Below are positions 17,494 to 25,681 of a stretch of DNA of 25,681 bases, piece by piece. The stretch comes from Promethearchaeota archaeon (GTDB lineage: Archaea > Asgardarchaeota > Lokiarchaeia > Sigyniarchaeales > SOKP01). Location of the stretch: NCBI GenBank assembly GCA_011364975.1, contig RDOE01000050.1:1-25681 (forward strand). The letters are read 5' to 3'. Under the pieces are notes generated by a model. It was not told where the DNA came from. It made no database searches and saw nothing but the letters and a program-made list of their open reading frames with translations. The position numbers were made by a program, and so were the translations under genes. Within the stretch, counting starts at the first letter, position 1, and the number at the start of each line of letters is the position of its first letter.

Positions 17494-18927
17494 ACGTCCA
17501 ACAACCAGTATTGGAGGAAAGTCATAAAAGCTTCAAAATGGTCTGTTCTATTTGAATTATTCTCCAAATTGGCTTATTTTCTTATCTTATTGATCACTGT
17601 TTGGATATTATCACCAGAGGAATTTGGAATCGCCTCAGTAGCTGTCTTAGTATTTAATTTTTCTTTAATTTTTAGGGATCTAGGTTTAAGCAAAGCTCTA
17701 ATACAAATAGATACGAATATTGAGGAAGCTACAAACGTAGTATTTTATATAAACCTCATGCTAGGTATAGTCATCTATATTTTTTGGTTTATATTTGCTG
17801 ATTATCTAAATATAGTTTTTAGAGATGTCAGAATTGGGAACGCAGTTCGTATTCAAGTAATTCAAATACTAATCGGGACGATAGGATATGTATATATTGC
17901 GCTTTATCAAAGAGACTTAGATTTCAGGTCGCTATTTTGGAGTAATATGATTCTAAGTATTATACCTGGATTTATATCCATTCCATTAGCATTGCTAGGA
18001 TTAAGCTATTGGTCTATAATTCTGGGAAATTTAATTGGTTCTTTTATTCAGGTAGTATTTTTAGTTAAAACAAATTCATGGAGACCAAAACTATCCATAA
18101 ATCGAAAAATAGCATCTATAATCCTAACTCAGGGAATGCTTATGACAGGGGAAAGTCTGTTTACTTGGTTAATCAATTATTTTGATAATCTTCTTGTGGG
18201 AATATTCTTTGGTTCTGCTTCAATAGGAATATATAATTTAGGAAAATCCCTTTCTGCAACAATTTTTAGCGTTTTGAATAGTCCTCTCCTTCCAATCATA
18301 TATAGTTCATTATCACGGTTACAAAAAGATATTAAACAGTTTATAGATTCATATTTGAAATTCTTAAGCATAATCTGCTCATTAACACTACCTGCAGGAG
18401 TCGGGTTATTTTTAGTAGGAGATCTTATTGCAATTTCCTTCTTTAGTACAAATTGGATCAGTATAGGAGTAGTGTTGAGTCTTTATGGAATGAAAAGTGG
18501 ATTACAGAGCATTTTCAACACGAATGCCTCGACTATGCGATCAATTGGACGAGTTAAATTAAATCTGAAAATTAATTTTATATCATTACTTTATACCATT
18601 CCCTTCCTAATTCTTGGCGCAATGGAAGGTATGGAAGTGTTTCTTTTGATAAATTTACTAATTTCTACCTTAAATTTAATATTAAGTTTTACTTGTGTGA
18701 TGAAAATTCTAGAATTACAAATTTTTAAAATAATGAGGAAAATGAAGAACCAATTTATTACAATTGCAGTTATGAGTATAATAATTCGATTTTTGCGGGA
18801 AATTATTACTGCAGTTCCCATTATAGAGTTGTTCTTAGTTGTTTCTGCTGGAACCCTAATTGTATTATTCTCATTAATCCCTAATAGAACAAAAGTCTTC
18901 AATTTAATAAATGAATTCATATATTGA
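17494..18927 (+). CDS. wzx: Wzx/PST-family polysaccharide flippase (lipopolysaccharide biosynthesis protein)
   Basis: LSPEEFG, DLGLSKALIQ, YWSII.G, DNLLVG...IGIY motifs; frame is open upstream of TTG 17569 and encodes the family N-terminus KVIKASKWSVL; best SD-linked start is ACG at 17494. Confidence 0.85.
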   Translation, partial: TSNNQYWRKVIKASKWSVLFELFSKLAYFLILLITVWILSPEEFGIASVAVLVFNFSLIFRDLGLSKALIQIDTNIEEATNVVFYINLMLGIVIYIFWFIFADYLNIVFRDVRIGNAVRIQVIQILIGTIGYVYIALYQRDLDFRSLFWSNMILSIIPGFISIPLALLGLSYWSIILGNLIGSFIQVVFLVKTNSWRPKLSINRKIASIILTQGMLMTGESLFTWLINYFDNLLVGIFFGSASIGIYNLGKSLSATIFSVLNSPLLPIIYSSLSRLQKDIKQFIDSYLKFLSIICSLTLPAGVGLFLVGDLIAISFFSTNWISIGVVLSLYGMKSGLQSIFNTNASTMRSIGRVKLNLKINFISLLYTIPFLILGAMEGMEVFLLINLLISTLNLILSFTCVMKILELQIFKIMRKMKNQFITIAVMSIIIRFLREIITAVPIIELFLVVSAGTLIVLFSLIPNRTKVFNLINEFIY

Positions 18928-18943
18928 AGGAAATTAGATTATA

Positions 18944-20083
18944 ATGCATGTTACACACCTTACTTCAAGTTTTCCTCGGTATTTGGGAGACTTTCATGGT
19001 TCATTTCTAAAATCGCAACTTGAGGAAATATGTAAATATAACATCAGGATAAGTGTGGTATTCCCCAGAGGATATCAATATATCTACGAGCCAAATTTAA
19101 TCCTGAATTTATATCCCTTTCGCTATTTTCCTCAGAAATTGGAAACCTTACCCAATGAGCCATTGTATACAATATCTAGATCAAAAGTGATCCAACTACC
19201 CTTTTATCTTGGAGGAGGTTTCTTTAAAACTATTAAAATACACGCAGATGTAGTGCATGCACAATGGGCTATTCCTATGGGTTACATAGCCTCAATCTCT
19301 AAAAATATTAATAAAATCCCCATTGTATTAACTCTTCATGGTTATGAAGTTGACTTTGCAAAGAGATTTCCTCCAATTTTGTATGCCTTAAAAAAGGCAT
19401 GCAATTCCGCTCAAAGAATAATATGTGTAGCAAATCATATGAAAAAAGATTTAGTGCCTCTTGGTATCGATGAGAAAAAAATGGAGGTTATCCCGCTTGG
19501 AATTAATACTAAATTGTATAATAGATACAGGGATTCCAAATATCACATAAAAGCTGATAATAGTAAATTAAGAATTGGTACTTTGAGCTCTCTTGTTGCG
19601 TTAAAACGCATACAAGATGTTATAAACTCAATAAAAATCCTTAAGAATTACGATTATGAATTGTTAATAGGTGGAGATGGTCCTATGCGATCATCGTTAG
19701 AGAAACAAGTACGTGCTTACAATTTAAAGAATGTAGAGTTTTTAGGTCAAATTCCTACAAACCAAGTCCCATCCTTTTTATCTTCACTAGACATTTTTGT
19801 GTTATCTTCATATAAGGAAGGGCTTTCTATTTCTTTACAAGAAGCTATGAGCTGTGGTTGCGTTCCAATAGTTTCTGATTCCTTATTAGCACACGAACTT
19901 ATTATTGAAGGTAAAACAGGATATTTTTATAAATACTCAAATGTACATGATTTGGCTCAGAAGATAGGCATTGCTTCGAAGAATTTAGGGATTGGAACCC
20001 AAGCTCGTAAACATATTGAAAAGAATTTTGAGATAACTAAAAATACTCGAAAAGTTGTGGAAACATATATATCTGTTCTTTGA
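18944..20083 (+). CDS. GT4 glycosyltransferase (GT-B fold)
   Basis: TSSFPR, VHAQWAIPMG, TLHGYE, GDGP and EGLSISLQEAMSCG (ExxxxxxxE). Confidence 0.9.
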   Translation: MHVTHLTSSFPRYLGDFHGSFLKSQLEEICKYNIRISVVFPRGYQYIYEPNLILNLYPFRYFPQKLETLPNEPLYTISRSKVIQLPFYLGGGFFKTIKIHADVVHAQWAIPMGYIASISKNINKIPIVLTLHGYEVDFAKRFPPILYALKKACNSAQRIICVANHMKKDLVPLGIDEKKMEVIPLGINTKLYNRYRDSKYHIKADNSKLRIGTLSSLVALKRIQDVINSIKILKNYDYELLIGGDGPMRSSLEKQVRAYNLKNVEFLGQIPTNQVPSFLSSLDIFVLSSYKEGLSISLQEAMSCGCVPIVSDSLLAHELIIEGKTGYFYKYSNVHDLAQKIGIASKNLGIGTQARKHIEKNFEITKNTRKVVETYISVL

Positions 20084-20105
20084 AAATAAAAATGCTGGAA
20101 AAGGG

Positions 20106-21245
20106 TTAACTTTCCAAAATATATTGGATTACTTTTTTCTTCCAGTTAAAAATGAATTTAGATTTTCTTTTCTTGCAGAATTCACTAATTTTTTGATAAT
20201 ATTGTTTATCTTCAATAATCCTTGTTAATTTGCTAGAAAGCGCTTTCACATCATTTGGAGGAAAGAGAAGTTCATCAAAAAACAAAATCTCTTTATTTCC
20301 TCCGATATTTGTTGCAATACAAGGTTTTCCAATGCCCAAACCTTTCAATAAGACATTGGAACAACCTTCATAAACAGAGGGAACTACAATAAGATCAAAG
20401 TCCCTCATTAGATCTAATGGTTCGATAACCCAATCAATTATCTTAATTCTATTAGAAAAACTCCTTATTTCTTCCATAAGTGAACCATTCCCTACTAAGA
20501 CTAATTCAGCATTCTTTGTATTTAGGTTCAAAAACGCCTTTACTAGTGTTATTATGCCTTTAATTGGCTCAAATAATCCAATAAATCCAATCCTCATTGG
20601 TTTAGTTACTATCGAAAAATCTAAAGATTGTTGATTAAATGAAAGAGCAGCAGGAGGAATATCATTATTTAAAATCCGATGATCACATATTCTTAACTTC
20701 CTGTGTCTTTTACATACCCTAGTTACGAGATCATTTGACACAAATATCAATTTATTAGAAGCAAAGATACCAATTGTTTCAAGAAGATCTCGAATGACAA
20801 TTTGGATTCCACTTTTTTTATTCAAAACATCCTCCAATCTTCTATCTCCTCGTACGAAGGTTATGACTTTAGTTGATTTACTAAATTTCTCAAAAATAAA
20901 AACACATGAGAGATCTAAACCAAAAGATATTAGATATTTGGCTTTTGTCTTTTTAGTGATAATTGGTACCAATAATGTTGAAATCAATATGAACAATACA
21001 TAATTAAAGGGATTTAGCGTTTTCCCTAAAGGGATCTGTTTAAATTGCAAACCCATTAAATTCGGATATTTTCCTATTAATCCACCTGAATCAGAGCAGA
21101 TCAGAGTTATTTTAAAATTGTATTCAAGTAAACCTTCAATGAGAGTTTGAAGTCTTTGATATGACCCTCCTTTATTTATATTAAATGTTACTATGATAGC
21201 TGTTTTATCAGGACTTACATAATTTGCTATTGTTTTATTCTTCAT
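20106..21245 (-). CDS. GT4 glycosyltransferase (GT-B fold)
   Basis: KGG N-terminal loop, GFIGLFEPIKG, VGNG, VPSVYEGCSNVLLKGLGIGKPCIATNIGGNKE (second Glu of the ExxxxxxxE motif is Lys). Confidence 0.85.
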   Translation of the reverse strand: MKNKTIANYVSPDKTAIIVTFNINKGGSYQRLQTLIEGLLEYNFKITLICSDSGGLIGKYPNLMGLQFKQIPLGKTLNPFNYVLFILISTLLVPIITKKTKAKYLISFGLDLSCVFIFEKFSKSTKVITFVRGDRRLEDVLNKKSGIQIVIRDLLETIGIFASNKLIFVSNDLVTRVCKRHRKLRICDHRILNNDIPPAALSFNQQSLDFSIVTKPMRIGFIGLFEPIKGIITLVKAFLNLNTKNAELVLVGNGSLMEEIRSFSNRIKIIDWVIEPLDLMRDFDLIVVPSVYEGCSNVLLKGLGIGKPCIATNIGGNKEILFFDELLFPPNDVKALSSKLTRIIEDKQYYQKISEFCKKRKSKFIFNWKKKVIQYILES

Positions 21246-21457
21246 TGTAAATTAATTCCAACAAAAGCATTGTAATAAAGATTTTTTAAAACCTATTAAA
21301 TTCTAATTTCTGAGTGAATCAGAGAGGATAAAAACCAGTTCCATATAACCTAACTAAGTAACATTCTTTAGGAATAATTTTAGTTGACGATTTATGATAG
21401 CTCGAATCATCTGATCTGAGAAAAAAGAAAAAAGTTTCGTATTAACACCTAAGAAAA

Positions 21458-21477
21458 TTGATAAATACTTTTATCAA
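21458..21477. repeat. Perfect 8-bp inverted repeat (TTGATAAA-tact-TTTATCAA), candidate operator
   Basis: Seen directly, 15 nt upstream of ATG 21493 in a divergent intergenic region. Confidence 0.4.
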
Positions 21478-21492
21478 GAATAGAATAAGATC

Positions 21493-22704
21493 ATGAATTT
21501 AGGAATAAAACCAAAGATTTTGATCATTATCCCTAATCTCGATTTATCTGGTGGGGCAGAGAAATCAGCTTCAATTTTAAGCAATCTTCTAGCTGATGAT
21601 GGATATGAAATTTATGTGTTAACGTTTTATTATTGTTCGCAGATGCATAAAACTAAAGGAAAATTTTATTGTCTTTATGAAAAAGGAAATGGAGAAAAAA
21701 AATTTGTATTAAAGGCTCTATTTCATGTAAAAAAGCTTTTTCTTCGTACAATAGTAATCAATGGGATTTGTAAAGAAAACGCAGTAAACACTATTTTTGC
21801 TTTTATGGAAGATGCAAGTTTCACATCTCTCCTTACTAAGATATTGTTTAGATTGAAGCAAAAAGTAGTAATTTCAATCCGAACAAATCCAGAAGCATAT
21901 GGAAAAACAAATAGAATGATGATGAAGCTTTATCCAAGAGCAAACAAAATCGTATCAGTATCAAATGGAGTTAAAGAAAGTTTAGTTCAAAAAGGGATCT
22001 CTAGGAGTAAAATTATAACAATTTATAATCCTATTGAAATTTCTAAAAATAAATTGATGTCTAATACACGAATAAAGAATTTCCCTGAAGATATATTTCT
22101 AAATTCCTTTGTTTTTTTAAATATTGGAAGACTAGATAGACCTAAGGGGCAATGGTATCTTATTAGAAGCTTTAAAAAAGTTGTAGAAAATTACTCGAAT
22201 GCAAAACTCATCATTATTGGGATAGGCCCTCTAATGAAAGACCTAACCAACCTTATTAGAGAATCAGGGCTGGAAAATTCAGTATATATACTTGGTTCGA
22301 TTCCTAATGTATTTCCTTATCTAAAAAATGCTGATTGCTTTGTCTTCACCTCTCTCTGGGAAGGATTTCCCAATGTTTTATTAGAGGCCTTATCGATGGG
22401 ATTACCGATTATATCTAGTGATTGCCATTTTGGGCCAAGAGAAATTCTTGCTCCAGAATTAAATCTGTTTGATAGAGTTGAGTACCCATATTATACAACT
22501 TATGGGGTATTAATCCGCAGATTCCAAATGGATTTTAAAATAGGTACATTAAATGTCAAATCTTTATGTGAAGAGGAGGAGATGTTGATTAAAGTCCTAT
22601 GTAAATTTCTGGAAAATCCAATTAAGAATCGGGAAAAAAATGAAAAAAGGGCATTAAACTTTAATTTAACCTCTTTTTTTGATGCTTGGAAACGTCTTAT
22701 CTGA
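21493..22704 (+). CDS. GT4 glycosyltransferase (WabH/PglJ-like)
   Basis: GGAEK, IYNP, IGRLDRPKGQ and SLWEGFPNVLLEALSMGLPIISSDCHFGPREIL. Confidence 0.9.
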   Translation: MNLGIKPKILIIIPNLDLSGGAEKSASILSNLLADDGYEIYVLTFYYCSQMHKTKGKFYCLYEKGNGEKKFVLKALFHVKKLFLRTIVINGICKENAVNTIFAFMEDASFTSLLTKILFRLKQKVVISIRTNPEAYGKTNRMMMKLYPRANKIVSVSNGVKESLVQKGISRSKIITIYNPIEISKNKLMSNTRIKNFPEDIFLNSFVFLNIGRLDRPKGQWYLIRSFKKVVENYSNAKLIIIGIGPLMKDLTNLIRESGLENSVYILGSIPNVFPYLKNADCFVFTSLWEGFPNVLLEALSMGLPIISSDCHFGPREILAPELNLFDRVEYPYYTTYGVLIRRFQMDFKIGTLNVKSLCEEEEMLIKVLCKFLENPIKNREKNEKRALNFNLTSFFDAWKRLI

Positions 22705-22834
22705 AATAAACTAAAAATAAGACATTAAAACATCAGAATTATCCTATGTTCATAAATAAATTGTACTACGCAATGTATATTTCAAAAAAGGATCGTTTAC
22801 AGCCTTTTACATAGAATTTACAGTGGTATGTAAT

Positions 22835-23788
22835 ATGAAAAGTCTAGTTACTGGTGGAGCAGGTTTTATAGGCTCACATCTTGTGAAAAAATTAGTAGAA
22901 AATAAACAGGAAGTTATTGTTCTTGATAATTTCTCTTCAGGCAGATATAATTATAAATTTCTTGAAACAATGCCAAAAGTAGATATTATTGAGGGTTCTA
23001 TTATTAATAGGGATGTTGTTCACGATGCTATATCACAATGTGATAATATATATCACCTTGCTGCCTTTAATCGTGTTCCGCGCTCAATTGAAGATCCGAT
23101 ACTATCAAATGAGATTAATATTACTGGAACTCTTAATATACTCGAAGCAGCAAGAAAATTTGATATTGAAAGCATTGTTTATAGTTCAAGTTCTTCAGTC
23201 TATGGGATGTCAAAGGAATTCCCTAGAGTAGAGAACTGCAATCCAATGCCAAAAAGCCCCTATGCTGTAGGTAAATTAGCATCAGAATACTATTGCCAAG
23301 TATATGAAGATTTATATAATATAAAAGTAAAAATCTTAAGATATTTTGCAGTTTACGGACCAAAGCAATCACCAATCATTAAATATGCAGCTGTAATTCC
23401 GTATTTTATACTGAATGCATTAAATGGTAGAAAATTACCCGTCTATGGAGATGGAAATCAGCGAAGAAATTTCACTTTTGTCGAAGATACGGTAAATGCT
23501 ACGATTTTGGCAATGAAATCAGATAGAGCTTCAGGAGAAATAATCAATATTGCAAATGAATCTGAAATTTCATTAAATGAAATTATTGATCTTCTAAAAG
23601 AGGAATTAAATAAAGATATATTGGTGGAGTATTATCCATGGAGGAAAGGAGATGTGAAACACGCTTACCCTGATTTATCAAAAATGAAAAAAATTCTTGG
23701 ATATAGATCAATTTATTCAATAGAAAAAGGCATAAAAACGACTCTTGATTGGTATAAAAGCAATCCTTCTTATTTTGAAGATTCCTAA
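22835..23788 (+). CDS. NAD-dependent epimerase (extended SDR), WbpP/UDP-GlcNAc 4-epimerase-like
   Basis: TGGAGFIGSH, HLAA..VPRSIEDP, SSSSVYG, PKSPYAVGK (YxxxK), YAAVIP and GDGNQRRNFT; ATG 22835 (GTG 22823 is an alternative). Confidence 0.9.
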   Translation: MKSLVTGGAGFIGSHLVKKLVENKQEVIVLDNFSSGRYNYKFLETMPKVDIIEGSIINRDVVHDAISQCDNIYHLAAFNRVPRSIEDPILSNEINITGTLNILEAARKFDIESIVYSSSSSVYGMSKEFPRVENCNPMPKSPYAVGKLASEYYCQVYEDLYNIKVKILRYFAVYGPKQSPIIKYAAVIPYFILNALNGRKLPVYGDGNQRRNFTFVEDTVNATILAMKSDRASGEIINIANESEISLNEIIDLLKEELNKDILVEYYPWRKGDVKHAYPDLSKMKKILGYRSIYSIEKGIKTTLDWYKSNPSYFEDS

Positions 23789-23804
23789 TAGGACAGAAAT
23801 ACTC

Positions 23805-24908
23805 ATGGTTGAAATTACATATTTTATTAGTGATTATGGTTTTGGACATGCTGCTAGGAGTATTGCAATTATTAGAGCTTTTCTTGCTTGTGATTTAGAT
23901 ATAAATATAGAAATTCATACGTTTTTTCCTTTAGAATTAATAAAACGCTCTTTATCCAAAAAAAGTGAAATAAAAAGAATAAAATTTCACAAAATGAGAA
24001 ATGATGTTGGTTTTATCTGGAATGCTAAACAAGAGAAAATTGATAATGAGAAAACAACAATTAATGTTCATCAATGGGTAAAAAACTGGCCATCAACCTA
24101 TCTCTTTGAGAAATATATTTTTTTGAAAAACAAAGAAATCTCGCTCATAGTCTCTGATATTGCTCCCCAACCTTTTTTATTAGCTAAGAAATTAGATTTA
24201 CCGAGTATTGCTATAAGTAATTTTACCTGGTTTGATATTTATCAAGATTTCTGTAAAACTGAGGATTTGCAAGAGATTTGGAGAGCATATAGGGAAGCTT
24301 CCTTAGGACTCATGCTTCCCTTTAATCTTGAAAACAAAGTTTTCCCAACAATCCTCGAAACATCTCTGGTTAGCAGAGATCCAACCCGATCGCGCAAGAA
24401 AATTTGTTCCAATTTAAAAATTAACCCCTCCACTCCTATAATATATGCAGGAACAGGAAAGTCCTTAATAAATCCGTTTATAGAAGAATGGAAAATTCAT
24501 CCAGAATATGATTTCATTCTAGGCAGTAGCTCAACCATTTCTGCCCCAAATATCCATAGCATTCCCTATAATGATCCCGAAGGCCAAGATTACATCGCAG
24601 CTAGTGATCTAGCCGTCTTAAAGATTGGTTATAGCTCAATTTCGGAAGCAATTAGAGCGAAAATCCCATTTATCGCTATAGATTTTGTTCAGAGTGCAGA
24701 AACTAAGTTTATGAGAAAAAAAATTCAAGAGTTGAATATTGGGGAATGTATCACTCCTCAGGAGTTTTTTTCTGGTAAATGGATAGATGAAATTCCAAAA
24801 ATCATGGAATTGAAGGAAAATTATTCCTCATTACCCGAACGATTTTTGAAAAAAGGAGAATATCAATGCGCAAATATTATTCTTGACCTATTACAGGAAA
24901 TAATTTAA
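23805..24908 (+). CDS. GT-B fold glycosyltransferase-like protein (GT28-related; like the N-terminal domain of L-arabinokinase)
   Basis: YFISDYGFGHAARS, LIVSDIAP, SNFTWFDIY and DLAVLKIGYSSISEA; ATG 23805 avoids overlap with the upstream gene. Confidence 0.75.
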   Translation: MVEITYFISDYGFGHAARSIAIIRAFLACDLDINIEIHTFFPLELIKRSLSKKSEIKRIKFHKMRNDVGFIWNAKQEKIDNEKTTINVHQWVKNWPSTYLFEKYIFLKNKEISLIVSDIAPQPFLLAKKLDLPSIAISNFTWFDIYQDFCKTEDLQEIWRAYREASLGLMLPFNLENKVFPTILETSLVSRDPTRSRKKICSNLKINPSTPIIYAGTGKSLINPFIEEWKIHPEYDFILGSSSTISAPNIHSIPYNDPEGQDYIAASDLAVLKIGYSSISEAIRAKIPFIAIDFVQSAETKFMRKKIQELNIGECITPQEFFSGKWIDEIPKIMELKENYSSLPERFLKKGEYQCANIILDLLQEII

Positions 24909-25014
24909 CTTCTGTCTTTTAATTGAATGTCTCTAGGTATTTTTCATAAAAACCATTAGATCTAATATTGAAGAATTAAAACATCATGTTTTATTTGCAA
25001 TTAATTGATTTAAA

Positions 25015-25681
25015 ATGGTTACCAAAATTGCTGTTATCGGTATGGGTTACGTGGGAATTCCTATTGCCGCATTATTAGCAGATATCGATGAATTTCAAGT
25101 GACAGGTATCCAACGACGTTCTAAACGGTCGGGATGGAAAATTGAGTATATTAACCAAGGTAAATGTCCGATTAAAAATGAACCTGTTCTTCCTGAACTA
25201 CTTCAACGTGTTGTTAAGGAAAAAAAGCAATTAGTCGTAACTGATGATATTTCTATGATTTCTGAGATGGACTATGTTCTAATTGATGTCCAGACTCCAA
25301 CAGATGAGAATAATGTACCGCAATACGTATCGCTTCGAGGAGTAAGTAAAGAGGTCGGAACCCATCTTAAACAGGGTACGACAGTCATCATTGAATCTAC
25401 CTGTGCTCCTGGCACAACTGATTATATTGTAAAACCTATCCTTGAACAGGAATCAGGTTTAACGGCTGAAAAAGATTTTTATTTGGCTTTTGCATATGAA
25501 CGTGTTATGGTTGGCCGTTTAATCTATAATATTCTGCATTATCCGCGTATAGTGGGAGGAATTGATGTAAAAAGTGCAGAGAAGGCTGCTTGGTTGTATA
25601 AACAAGTTCTCAAAAGCAAGATTATTGAAACAACAGCTTTAACTGCAGAGCTTGCAAAAGTAGTGGAGAATACATACCGTG
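25015..25681 (+). CDS. Nucleotide-sugar dehydrogenase (UDP-N-acetyl-hexosamine 6-dehydrogenase, WecC/WbpA-like), 3'-truncated by window edge
   Basis: Not in ORF track. Manual translation MVTKIAVIGMGYVGIPIAA...QRRSKRSGWKI...IDVQTP...ESTCAPGTT...AYERVMVGR...AELAKVVENTYR. Confidence 0.9.
   Translation, partial: MVTKIAVIGMGYVGIPIAALLADIDEFQVTGIQRRSKRSGWKIEYINQGKCPIKNEPVLPELLQRVVKEKKQLVVTDDISMISEMDYVLIDVQTPTDENNVPQYVSLRGVSKEVGTHLKQGTTVIIESTCAPGTTDYIVKPILEQESGLTAEKDFYLAFAYERVMVGRLIYNILHYPRIVGGIDVKSAEKAAWLYKQVLKSKIIETTALTAELAKVVENTYR

Noticed and set aside
23745-23804. Apparent 44-nt overlap between the epimerase and GT-B genes
   Set aside because: Disappears if ATG 23805 is used, which matches the family N-terminus
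2806-24433. Short (63-109 aa) alternative-frame or antisense ORFs in the ORF track (e.g. 4604-4810, 11386-11628, 18591-18920, 22989-23231)
   Set aside because: All lie within or largely overlap longer genes with clear family motifs and show no recognisable motifs of their own; treated as shadow ORFs
1-25681. tRNA/rRNA, CRISPR array, IS element or integrase
   Set aside because: No cloverleaf-like GC-rich stems, regularly spaced repeats, terminal inverted repeats or transposase motifs seen by eye; not verified computationally

Overview
AT-rich (roughly 30% GC by eye) prokaryotic DNA, most likely archaeal. This is inferred from BRE/TATA-like promoters, archaeal-type flippase and dehydrogenase families, and frequent TTG starts; an Asgard-like origin is plausible but cannot be shown here. 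The whole window is a cell-surface glycosylation island of 20 genes, two of them truncated by the window edges. It encodes two MOP/Wzx flippases, three GT2, three GT4, one GT-B protein resembling the N-terminal domain of L-arabinokinase, two GT-C-like membrane proteins, two SDR epimerases, three nucleotide-sugar dehydrogenases and a SAM methyltransferase. Three genes stand out. (i) An intact cytidylyltransferase-PEP mutase fusion ([10 protein letters not shown] signature) indicates C-P bond (phosphonate) biosynthesis, yet no recognisable coupling enzyme is in the window. (ii) A CDP-alcohol phosphotransferase has an altered catalytic motif and could transfer a CMP-phosphonate. (iii) A ribbon-helix-helix domain fused to a degenerate sugar-phosphate nucleotidyltransferase is a candidate nucleotide-sugar-sensing regulator. 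Together they suggest an uncharacterised phosphonoglycan/phosphonolipid surface-modification system. No rRNA, tRNA, CRISPR array or transposase was recognised.
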